Source: Parvibaculaceae bacterium
Lineage (GTDB): Bacteria > Pseudomonadota > Alphaproteobacteria > RS24 > CBDDDD01
Length of the DNA stretch: 64,000 nt
Reading direction: 5' to 3'
NCBI GenBank assembly: GCA_965226465.1
Contig: OZ245362.1
Location: 571,258-635,257, forward strand
Shown: positions 40,272 through 48,347 of the stretch, piece after piece
How the letters are laid out: the number at the start of each line of letters is the position of its first letter
Numbering within the stretch: the stretch's first letter is position 1
Translations under genes and position numbers: made by a program
Notes under the pieces: generated by a model
Seen by the model: only the letters and a program-made list of their open reading frames with translations
What the model was told of the DNA's origin: nothing
Database searches by the model: none

Positions 40272-41000
40272 ATGAACGAATTAATTGCTGCAGAAAACGT
40301 AACCGTCATTTGTCAGGGAAAGCATATTCTTAAAGATGTTTCCGCAGTAATTGGCATGCGTGATTTTATCACCGTAATCGGTCCAAACGGAGCGGGTAAA
40401 TCCATGCTCTTGAAATGCCTGATGGGATTTTATCCTCCGGATAGCGGTAGAATTACCCGAAAGAAAGGGCTGAAGATAGGCTATGTGCCACAAAATCTTT
40501 CGCTGGATTATACCATGCCACTTAACGTGAAGCGTTTTCTGACGCTTCGTAAAAAAGTTGATAAATTTTCTGTACAAAAAATAGCCGAAGAAACCAATAT
40601 TGAAGAAGTTTTAATGAAGCCTCTTACCGTACTTTCTGGCGGCGAATTACAGAGGGTATTACTGGCACGCAGTCTGCTGAATAATCCGGAACTATTAATA
40701 TTGGATGAGCCTGCACAAAATCTAGATATATCCGGACAGCTAGGTTTTTATAAATTACTGGAACATATTTATAATGAACGCAATTTAAGCATATTGATGG
40801 TGTCCCATGATCTGCATATGGTCATGGCCTCAAGCAAGCAGGTAATCTGCCTTTTTCATCACATATGTTGTTCCGGCGAGCCACAAGCGGTGACCAAAGA
40901 CCCGGAGTTCATCTCGCTTTTCGGCCAAGACATGGCACGCATGATGTCGGTATATCAACATAGCCACAATCACACACATAAGCGAGGGGATGATGTTTGA
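40272..41000 (+). CDS. znuC: Zinc ABC transporter ATP-binding protein
   Basis: Walker A GPNGAGKS, signature LSGGELQR and Walker B LILDEPAQNLD are present. The C-terminal tail is His-rich (HSHNHTHKRGDD). Confidence 0.85.
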   Translation: MNELIAAENVTVICQGKHILKDVSAVIGMRDFITVIGPNGAGKSMLLKCLMGFYPPDSGRITRKKGLKIGYVPQNLSLDYTMPLNVKRFLTLRKKVDKFSVQKIAEETNIEEVLMKPLTVLSGGELQRVLLARSLLNNPELLILDEPAQNLDISGQLGFYKLLEHIYNERNLSILMVSHDLHMVMASSKQVICLFHHICCSGEPQAVTKDPEFISLFGQDMARMMSVYQHSHNHTHKRGDDV

Positions 41001-41790
41001 TCCATTTATTACACGTGCTTTAATTGCCGGCATTGGTGTTTCGCTCATTGCCGGCGTTATCGGATGTTTTGTGGTTTGGCGGCGCATGGCCTATTTTGGT
41101 GACTCATTGGCACATAGTGCATTATTAGGCATTGCACTTGGACTTGCCGCAGGATTTAGTACTAATTTGGGTGTGGTAATAGTCTGTTCCACATTTGCTG
41201 CCTTGCTTCTCTGGCTACAGCAGAAAAAAGTTTTGGCTACCGACACACTGCTTGGTATTCTAGCACATGCAGCATTATCCATAGGTATGGTAACAATAAG
41301 CGTATTGAACCAGCGTATAGATCTGTATTCCTATTTATTCGGTGATATTCTCACCGTAACTCCGACTGAGTTGTGGTGGATTTATGCTGGAGGTGCCATT
41401 GTATTGGTTACACTTTTACTGAACTGGTCTTCTTTGGTACTGATGACGGTGCATGAAGATTTGGCAAGAGCAGAAGGTGTAAAAGTGTTTTTTACCCATT
41501 TAATGTTGATGTTTCTGATGACTATTGTGGTAGCGGTTTCTATCCGCATTGTTGGCATATTGCTGATAACATCCATGCTTATTATCCCTGCGGCTACGGC
41601 ACGACAATTGGTACGCTCTCCTGAGGCTATGGCTGTTGTCTCATCAATCTTGGGGATAGCAGCCGTTATAATCGGTATTTATGGCTCTATTAAGCTGGAT
41701 ACCCCCTCCGGACCTTCCATCGTTGCAGCGGCGGCGATAATTTTTGCAATACTCTTCTCCCTTTCAACGCTCCTATTACGAAAAAAATAA
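40990..41790 (+). CDS. znuB: Zinc ABC transporter permease
   Basis: 266-aa polytopic ABC-3 family protein (YFGDSLAHSALLGIALG). It overlaps znuC by 11 nt. Confidence 0.85.
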   Translation: MMFDPFITRALIAGIGVSLIAGVIGCFVVWRRMAYFGDSLAHSALLGIALGLAAGFSTNLGVVIVCSTFAALLLWLQQKKVLATDTLLGILAHAALSIGMVTISVLNQRIDLYSYLFGDILTVTPTELWWIYAGGAIVLVTLLLNWSSLVLMTVHEDLARAEGVKVFFTHLMLMFLMTIVVAVSIRIVGILLITSMLIIPAATARQLVRSPEAMAVVSSILGIAAVIIGIYGSIKLDTPSGPSIVAAAAIIFAILFSLSTLLLRKK

Positions 41791-41835
41791 GCTTTTAAAA
41801 TACAAGCAAGGAGAAACAAGACTTGATTAGTTTTA

Positions 41836-41852
41836 ATGTTATATTATAACGT
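41836..41852. promoter_or_regulatory. Second Zur-box-like operator (ATGTTATA-T-TATAACGT, one mismatch to the perfect palindrome)
   Basis: Read directly from the sequence. It ends 39 nt upstream of the ATG at 41892 and shares 15 of 17 positions with the box at 39758-39774. Confidence 0.55.
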
Positions 41853-41891
41853 AACATAAATTTAACAAGTAAACAGGTAAGAGGGATAAAG

Positions 41892-43052
41892 ATGAAAAAC
41901 AGGCTATTCACAAAATTGCTATTAAGTATTGTAGCTATTCTAGTTGCATCACCAATCTTTGCAGCAGACGGTCATGACCACGCAGCTCATGCTGGAGACA
42001 AACCATTTTACGGTCATCTTGATATTCGCATTCATAGTAATAGCATTATTGATGCTGAGGAAGAGGACGAAAAATTTAATGAAACCTATTCTCATTCACA
42101 TCTTGAACTGGGCGTACAATTTAATAATGGGTTCTCCATTAATTCCAATATCAAACTGGAAGGCGAGCCAAGCGGACATGACCATGGGCATGGCGAAGGT
42201 GAGGGGGAGAGTGAAGCTGGAGGAGATCGTTTCCTTGAAGACCACCCTCTTTTCATTTCGGAACTGACCTTGAATTATGACGGTGATTATTTTTCTTCCT
42301 ATATTGGAAAGTTTAATCCTGCTGTTGGGCTTGATTATCATATTTTCCCCGGTATTTTCGGCTATCACATTATTGAGGAATATGCCATTCGTGAACGAGT
42401 TGGTTTTGGTGTCGCTGCCAAGCATAATGCCGGTGATTATGGTACACATAGGCTTGAAGTAAGCACATTCTTTGCGGATACCACCCCATTAAGCAATTCC
42501 CTTATCTATCAGCGTGGTCATACCAGCGAAAAGGATGGAGGTCTTTCAAACACGGAAGACTTTTTCTCCTCTTTTGCAATCTCATTGAGCGGTCATGATT
42601 TCTATTCTTTGAATAATAATATTGTTGAGGGACTTTTCTACCGTTTGGGCTATGCCAAACAAGAGGCAGGTACTGGAAATGAGGATAATGAAACACGCTA
42701 TTCCTTTTCACTGGGATATGAGCAGAAAATTACACAAGATATCAATATGACACTGGTAGCAGAGCATATGGACATCACCCATCTTGGCGGTGAAGAAGCA
42801 CATGACCGTGCATATAGCACCTTAGCATTACGTTTAGACTACCAAAAATGGAACCTTGGCGCTTCCTATACCAATATTAAAAACGAGGCTGAAGAAGAAG
42901 ATGAAAACCATGATGGAAGCATTTTACAAATTTCTATCGGCTATAATTTTGACAACGGCATTGCTCTTGGCCTTGGCTATCAAAGCGCAGATCAAGAAAA
43001 CGAAGTCACAGACACCATCGGCGCCCTATTAAGCTATAGCTATGCGTTTTGA
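41892..43052 (+). CDS. Outer-membrane beta-barrel (porin-like) protein with His-rich segments, putatively Zur-regulated
   Basis: It has a signal peptide (ASPIFA-ADG). The mature N-terminus is ADGHDHAAHAGDKPFYGH, and a second His/acidic tract reads EPSGHDHGHGEGEGESEAGGD. Amphipathic alternation is pervasive and the C-terminal beta-signal is LLSYSYAF. There is no plug domain and it is too short for a TonB-dependent receptor. Confidence 0.6.
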   Translation: MKNRLFTKLLLSIVAILVASPIFAADGHDHAAHAGDKPFYGHLDIRIHSNSIIDAEEEDEKFNETYSHSHLELGVQFNNGFSINSNIKLEGEPSGHDHGHGEGEGESEAGGDRFLEDHPLFISELTLNYDGDYFSSYIGKFNPAVGLDYHIFPGIFGYHIIEEYAIRERVGFGVAAKHNAGDYGTHRLEVSTFFADTTPLSNSLIYQRGHTSEKDGGLSNTEDFFSSFAISLSGHDFYSLNNNIVEGLFYRLGYAKQEAGTGNEDNETRYSFSLGYEQKITQDINMTLVAEHMDITHLGGEEAHDRAYSTLALRLDYQKWNLGASYTNIKNEAEEEDENHDGSILQISIGYNFDNGIALGLGYQSADQENEVTDTIGALLSYSYAF

Positions 43053-43115
43053 TAGCAATATTTACTGACAACCCTGTCTGTTTCTTAGCTCAGTTTTTGA
43101 AGCTTTTTAGATGAA

Positions 43116-43206
43116 TGGCGGAGAGGAAGGGATTCGAACCCTCGATACGCGATGAACGTATACTCCCTTAGCAGGGGAGCGCCTTCAGCCACTCGGCCAC
43201 CTCTCC
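43116..43206 (-). tRNA. tRNA-Ser (anticodon GCU), CCA encoded
   Basis: The reverse complement reads GGAGAGGTGGCCGAGTGGCTGAAGGCGCTCCCCTGCTAAGGGAGTATACGTTCATCGCGTATCGAGGGTTCGAATCCCTTCCTCTCCGCCA. It has a 7-bp acceptor stem, an anticodon loop CU-GCU-AA, a long variable arm hairpin and a GGTTCGAATCC T-loop. Confidence 0.92.
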
Positions 43207-43235
43207 GTGGGAGGGTGTAGCACAAGAGAAATCGC

Positions 43236-43256
43236 AAAAAAAGGGCTAATAGCCCT
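43236..43256 (-). terminator. Rho-independent terminator candidate downstream of the esterase/sulfatase operon
   Basis: On the minus strand the sequence is AGGGCT-ATT-AGCCCT followed by TTTTTTT. It ends about 50 nt after the stop of the 43307..44218 gene. Confidence 0.5.
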
Positions 43257-43306
43257 AGCTTTAGATTATTGTAATGAAAGCGCATCCATTATCTTGTTTT
43301 CCTATA

Positions 43307-44218
43307 CTATTTACATTTTTTCTCAAGTCTATGAACAGCTTCAGCAAAATCTTCTCCCATACGCAGATAGCTTTTTGATGTGTAATGCAAATTATCGGGT
43401 AGCATTTTATAATCATCAATTTCTGAAACAAGGTGAGCGCAGACATCATTTTCAGCAAATTCCTTCTGTTTCTCCTGCACAATATGCCCATAGGCAAGCT
43501 TTGGCTTCCCTCTTTTAGTGATGGCATTGCTTGTTTTGCCTATCACCACAGGAATATCATCAAGACGCAAAGCAGCACGCAGGGCATTCATGAGGCGCTG
43601 TAAATTGTCCTTATACGCATTGGAAGATTCCACCCAACGAGAATCCGCCTCACCCTGCATCCAGATAATACCGGAAGGGATAAGCGTATCACGCTCTCCA
43701 TCACCATCAATATCGGATATAGCAAAAGCATTGCGGATGGTATCAAGAGCATAATCATATTGATTAAGCCCTTCAAAATCCTCTGCCCAATTATTACGCT
43801 CTTTTGTGTTGTAAAGCGCAGTAGCCCCTCTGGCATATTTAATAATTGCAATTTTGCTATTGGGGTTCAACGCAGCGATTGTTTTTCCAAAGCTCAATTC
43901 TGCCCCAAAGCGTTTTACATATATATTGCTTTTGCCATTGGAAGAAAATCCACCGCCATGCCCCTCTCTCAGCTTGCTCCACTTGCCCTGCCCTGCCCGA
44001 AACTTTTTGGGGTTATAAGGCATATTATCAACACCGGTCGTGCCATGAAAAATCATCACATTGTTAGCCTTACCCTTATATGCACGAGGCAAATCTTCAT
44101 TCTTACCAAGCCCCACCATATTGGACTGCCCTGCAAGCAGATATAACTTATATTCTTCTGCCTTTATGGGCAAAGCCAGGATTGAGCAGAAGAAAATAAG
44201 GGACAAAAAAAATCTCAT
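43307..44218 (-). CDS. Exported SGNH-type carbohydrate esterase, sialate O-acetylesterase (SASA/DUF303) family, paralog 1
   Basis: It has a signal peptide (ALPIKA-EE), the nucleophile motif LLAGQSNMVGLG, WMQGEADS and a C-terminal D..LHYTSKSY. Confidence 0.72.
   Translation of the reverse strand: MRFFLSLIFFCSILALPIKAEEYKLYLLAGQSNMVGLGKNEDLPRAYKGKANNVMIFHGTTGVDNMPYNPKKFRAGQGKWSKLREGHGGGFSSNGKSNIYVKRFGAELSFGKTIAALNPNSKIAIIKYARGATALYNTKERNNWAEDFEGLNQYDYALDTIRNAFAISDIDGDGERDTLIPSGIIWMQGEADSRWVESSNAYKDNLQRLMNALRAALRLDDIPVVIGKTSNAITKRGKPKLAYGHIVQEKQKEFAENDVCAHLVSEIDDYKMLPDNLHYTSKSYLRMGEDFAEAVHRLEKKCK
43653..43741. repeat. 89-nt tract about 95% identical to 44577..44665 (paralog-to-paralog)
   Basis: Hand alignment gives 4 mismatches in 89 nt, whereas the flanking paralogous sequence is much more diverged. 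Confidence 0.8.
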
Positions 44219-44230
44219 AATCCAGCTCCT

Positions 44231-45175
44231 TTATTTACAGCTTTTTTCTAACATATAAACTGCCTTAGCAAAGGCAATACCCATTTTAATGTATCCCTCA
44301 GAACTATAATGAGCAAGATCGGGGCGCATTTTATAAGTATCGGTTTCCTCTACCAGATGAGCACAAACATCATTTTTTGCAAAAGCCCTCTGCTCATTCT
44401 TGACCACATGCCCATTTTTTCTTTTTGGCTTTCCCTGTTTGGTGATGGCATTGGTAGTCATGCCGATAATAATGGGCAAATCATCCCTATGTAAGGCTGC
44501 CCGCAATAGACCCATAAGATGGTGCAGGTTCTCCTCATAGGCTTTTGCAATTCTTATGTCCCCGGAATCAGATTCGCCCTGCATCCAGATAATACCGGCA
44601 GGGATAAGCGTATCACGCTCTCCATCGCCATCAATATCGGATATGGCAAACGCATTGCGGATGGTTTTCAGCGCATAATCATATTGGTTTATGCCCTCTG
44701 CTCTCTGATCCCAATTATTACGCTTAGGCTTGCCTTTCCGCTTAGGCATATTATAGAGGGAAGACCCCCCACGGGCATATTTGATAATCGCAATTTTCTG
44801 GTTGGGGTATAGCTTTTCCAATGTTTGCCCAAAGCTGAGCTCCGGTCCGAAGCGTTCGCCCAGATAACTATTTTTTCCATCTGACATGGAACCCCCTGCA
44901 TATCCGGGGCGTAATTTCCCCCATACCCCCATAGCGGCTATGCCTCTTAGCTTGTGAACAGGCTTATTATCATCACCTGGATTTCCTCTAAAAATCATAA
45001 CATTTTCTGAGATATGGTTATATTTTTTCGGCAATTCATTAATAAAACCCACCCCGACCATATTAGATTGCCCCGCCAGAAAATAGAGCTTGTAAGTTTC
45101 TGCCTTTGCAGAAAACGGGATACTATAAAAAAAGATAGGCAGCAAAATTACTGAAAAGATATTTTTTATTAGCAT
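44231..45175 (-). CDS. Exported SGNH-type carbohydrate esterase, SASA/DUF303 family, paralog 2
   Basis: It has a signal peptide (PFSAKA-ET), FLAGQSNMVGVG, WMQGESDS and D.AHYSSEGY. The ATG at 45175 (MLIKNIF) is preferred over the track start at 45193, which overlaps the sulfatase. Confidence 0.72.
   Translation of the reverse strand: MLIKNIFSVILLPIFFYSIPFSAKAETYKLYFLAGQSNMVGVGFINELPKKYNHISENVMIFRGNPGDDNKPVHKLRGIAAMGVWGKLRPGYAGGSMSDGKNSYLGERFGPELSFGQTLEKLYPNQKIAIIKYARGGSSLYNMPKRKGKPKRNNWDQRAEGINQYDYALKTIRNAFAISDIDGDGERDTLIPAGIIWMQGESDSGDIRIAKAYEENLHHLMGLLRAALHRDDLPIIIGMTTNAITKQGKPKRKNGHVVKNEQRAFAKNDVCAHLVEETDTYKMRPDLAHYSSEGYIKMGIAFAKAVYMLEKSCK
44577..44665. repeat. 89-nt tract about 95% identical to 43653..43741 (paralog-to-paralog)
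   Basis: This is the partner of the repeat above. Both copies encode TIRNAFAISDIDGDGERDTLIP(S/A)GIIWMQGE. Confidence 0.8.
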
Positions 45176-45185
45176 GTGATTTCCC

Positions 45186-46874
45186 CTACACACAGCCGGA
45201 AAGTTTATTGGTAGCTATCGTCACCACATCACTTTGACGATAACCATACCGTATCGCTTTGGCTTTTATTATTTCTTCCATAACAATCGGCTCTTTATAA
45301 AGTTGCCATTGTTTTTTGCCTTCTTCATCAAGAAAATGATATCCGATGGAGGCTCCCTTTGTTTTACTTTTCAACATAATCTCTCCCCCCTTTGTAAGAC
45401 AAGCTATTGGCTTTGCAGTATGTGGCTGAACATTATCAGGCCATATTGTAGCAAGAAAGTCTTTTTCTGGCAAAGCGCTGAGGTCGCCTATACGCATTAC
45501 CCATTCTGCCAATGCCATGCGTAACCGTTTCATTTGTGGAGCAAATTTAGGATTATTGGCAAGATTATGCACTTCATCAGGATCATTTTTTCTATCATAA
45601 AGCTCCTCTTCAGGGGAAGGCGTTGCAAGAAACTGCCTTTGACGTTCGGATAAAGACCCCTGTTGGAACTTTCGGTTAAGCTCCGCCATGATGGGGTTCA
45701 TATCCTGATATCCGATAGAGGCTATCCGAGGCTGTGCAGGCATATAGTTGCGAATATAGGTAAAGCGTCCGTCATATACCGCCTTAATGCGCCCGACTTG
45801 CTCGTCTAAACGGTCAGCGGCGGCATAGATATATTTGCGGGGGGGATCTTTTTTATCTCCAATGATAATGCGCCCCTGCATCCATTTGGGAACATCTATT
45901 CCGGCCAGAGATAAAATTGTCGGCGCAAGGTCAACAAAACTGACAAGATTCTTATCTTTTGTGCCGCCTCCCCTTCCATCAGGAAAGCGGATAAGCAAAG
46001 GCACATGCAAACCGGAATCATAAAGCGTACGCTTTGCACGAGGCAGCCCATCACCATGGTCAGTAGTAAAGATAATAATGCTGTTCTCAAAATATCCCTT
46101 TTTGCGCAAATCTTGGAGAAGAGCCCCTATCTGCTTATCCAGAAGCGCAATATTGTCATAATGACGGGCAAGGTTTTTTCGTGTAGCGGGACTATCAGGA
46201 TAATAAGCAGGCACTTTGACGGAGGCAGGGTCTGTGAAATAGGTTTTTTTTGCATCTGCCTTTTGGTTTCGTGGCAACACCTTTTTTGCAGCAGGATGTG
46301 CCTTACTTCCATTAGGAGGCCATGTATAGCTTTCATGAGTGATATTGTAATTTATCATTGCAAAAAATGGTTTTCCCGAAGGGACATTTCCGATATTGGC
46401 TTTCCCACTATTTTTATCCCAGACTGTAAAGGGATTTCCAAACTGGTAATCCGTCTTGCTACGGTTCAACGTATAATATCCAGCACGGCGCAACAGCTCA
46501 GGAAAAGCTTTGACATAAGCAGGAGGTATAGCCTCATAGGGCTGCCCCTCTTCCATATTCACCCCAAAGCTGGATGTACGCATATGCATCGTGCCAAGCG
46601 TTTGCTGATGCACACCGGTTATGAGCGAGGAGCGACTTGGCGCACATACCCCTGCCGTAGTAAATGCATTGGTAAAAAGAACGCTTTCCTCCGCCAACGC
46701 ATCAATATTAGGCGTATGCGCAAGCTCATCCCCATAAGCACCAATACGAGGGCTCAAATCTTCCGCCGTTATAAGAATAATATTAAGAGGTTTTTGCCCA
46801 GATTTTTCTGACGTTTCCGGCAAACAAGCAAATAAAAACAGAAAGCAGATTAAGATTGAAAAATATTTATGCAT
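45186..46874 (-). CDS. Cys-type sulfatase (formylglycine-dependent arylsulfatase family), probable lipoprotein
   Basis: Lipobox-like FLFAC-L. It has the N-terminal metal site ILITAEDL, the formylglycine motif CAPSRSSLITG, and TTDHGD. Confidence 0.85.
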   Translation of the reverse strand: MHKYFSILICFLFLFACLPETSEKSGQKPLNIILITAEDLSPRIGAYGDELAHTPNIDALAEESVLFTNAFTTAGVCAPSRSSLITGVHQQTLGTMHMRTSSFGVNMEEGQPYEAIPPAYVKAFPELLRRAGYYTLNRSKTDYQFGNPFTVWDKNSGKANIGNVPSGKPFFAMINYNITHESYTWPPNGSKAHPAAKKVLPRNQKADAKKTYFTDPASVKVPAYYPDSPATRKNLARHYDNIALLDKQIGALLQDLRKKGYFENSIIIFTTDHGDGLPRAKRTLYDSGLHVPLLIRFPDGRGGGTKDKNLVSFVDLAPTILSLAGIDVPKWMQGRIIIGDKKDPPRKYIYAAADRLDEQVGRIKAVYDGRFTYIRNYMPAQPRIASIGYQDMNPIMAELNRKFQQGSLSERQRQFLATPSPEEELYDRKNDPDEVHNLANNPKFAPQMKRLRMALAEWVMRIGDLSALPEKDFLATIWPDNVQPHTAKPIACLTKGGEIMLKSKTKGASIGYHFLDEEGKKQWQLYKEPIVMEEIIKAKAIRYGYRQSDVVTIATNKLSGCV

Positions 46875-46885
46875 AATCTCTCCCC

Positions 46886-47248
46886 TTAAAGATTATGATA
46901 CCGAATAGGACTTCGTGTTCCTGTTAGATTATTTGGCAAGTTTTTCCCTTCATAGATATCACAAATTTCTTTGGGGGCTTTTCTTCCATCAAACCCCCAC
47001 CTTCTGTGAGGAAAATCCTTTTCATATGATTTAGGAAAGTTTTCTTTAGTCCACTCTAACCATTTCTCTACTTCATAAACGCCAACAATCAAGCCATGTT
47101 CCGCCGCCAATACAAAGTCAGCTTGGCTTGCTCTTTCAACATTAATCCTCCACGCATAACGAGTAGCACTATAAATATCTTTTTTTTCTATCATGTGGTT
47201 AATTGTTAAAATAACAAGCTTATGTTGCAGTTCTGCTATTTGAGTCAT
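46886..47248 (-). CDS. Hypothetical 120-aa protein
   Basis: It is an intact ORF with an ATG start, 11 nt upstream of and co-directional with the sulfatase. The core ATRYAWRINVERASQADFVLAAEHGLIVGVYEVEKW looks like a conserved domain, but I cannot name it. Confidence 0.45.
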   Translation of the reverse strand: MTQIAELQHKLVILTINHMIEKKDIYSATRYAWRINVERASQADFVLAAEHGLIVGVYEVEKWLEWTKENFPKSYEKDFPHRRWGFDGRKAPKEICDIYEGKNLPNNLTGTRSPIRYHNL

Positions 47249-47366
47249 TTATAATCCTCCCTTATTATGAATATAATAGCCTATCCAAAATTTATAAATC
47301 TTCCTAGCCTTTTTACCTGCTAATTTTTGTGATATGGGTATTCAAGATTTCAGGAAAGGGAAAAAT

Positions 47367-48347
47367 ATGACAATAAAACTTAGCAAGCTGGAAAAGGTTG
47401 ACTTGCGGAAGGTTTGGAAGAAAGAAGATAGAGATTTCACCCCTTGGCTCGCCAAAGAAGAAAACATTGAACGGCTGGCAAATACAATCGGCATGGAACT
47501 TGAAGTAGAGGAAGAAGAAAAGTCTGTTGGTTCATTTTCTGCTGATATTCTATGTAAAAATTTAGAAGATAATTCATGGGTTGTGATAGAAAATCAGTTG
47601 GAACGAACTGACCATAAACATCTTGGACAATTGCTTACCTATGCTGCAGGTCTGGATGCCACCACTGTTATCTGGGTAGCTGAAAACTTTACAGAGGAAC
47701 ACCGAGCAGCACTGGACAGATTAAACGAAATTACCAATGAAGATTTTCACTTTTTTGGACTTGAAGTGGAATTATGGAAAATTGGTGAATCTCCACCTGC
47801 TCCGAATTTTAATATTGTTTCCAAACCTAATGACTGGAAGAAAGAAACAAAGAACAAAAGAAATTACTCAGAAAAGGAGATTTTTCGTAAAAAATATTGG
47901 GCAAATTTTGTTGACTATATGAAAAAAGAACAAACCCCCCTAAAACTCAAAAAGCCTAAACATACCCCATGGTATACATTTTCCATAGGTAAGGGAGGCT
48001 TTTGGTTTGCAACTCTTATGCAGACAAGAAATAAAAGAATTGGTGTTGAGTTGTGTATCTATCAACCTATAACTAATAAAAGCTTCTTTAGTCAGTTACA
48101 GGATAACAAAAAGCAAATTGAAGAAGAAATCGGGTTTAGCTTGGAGTGGCATAAAAACCCAGATAAAAATACTGCAAAAATTCAAATATGGAAAAATGTT
48201 GACTACAGTAATCAGGAAGATTGGAACAAACAATATAAATGGCTTAAGGAAAAAATTGAAGCTTTTTACAAGATTTTCTGCCCAAGGATTATAAAATTAA
48301 ATTCTAAAGAAAACAAAAATTTAGAGGAAGAAAGTGTAGATGGATAA
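47367..48347 (+). CDS. DUF4268-type protein with an N-terminal restriction-endonuclease-fold (NucS-like PD-(D/E)xK) domain
   Basis: The N-terminus contains DLRKVWKKEDRDFTPWL and FSADILC...WVVIENQLERTDHKHLGQLLTYAAGLDA. The C-terminus is DUF4268-like (KKYWANFVDY, RIGVELCIY, EEEIGFSLEWH). The ATG at 47367 has a GGAAAGGG-type RBS. Confidence 0.62.
   Translation: MTIKLSKLEKVDLRKVWKKEDRDFTPWLAKEENIERLANTIGMELEVEEEEKSVGSFSADILCKNLEDNSWVVIENQLERTDHKHLGQLLTYAAGLDATTVIWVAENFTEEHRAALDRLNEITNEDFHFFGLEVELWKIGESPPAPNFNIVSKPNDWKKETKNKRNYSEKEIFRKKYWANFVDYMKKEQTPLKLKKPKHTPWYTFSIGKGGFWFATLMQTRNKRIGVELCIYQPITNKSFFSQLQDNKKQIEEEIGFSLEWHKNPDKNTAKIQIWKNVDYSNQEDWNKQYKWLKEKIEAFYKIFCPRIIKLNSKENKNLEEESVDG

Noticed and set aside
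47263-47278. A short inverted repeat TATTAT-GAAT-ATAATA lies in the divergent promoter region of the AT-rich cassette and could be an operator.
   Set aside because: The arms are 6 bp and composed only of A/T, in a region of roughly 25-30% GC. Such matches are expected by chance, and there is no regulator gene nearby to bind it.
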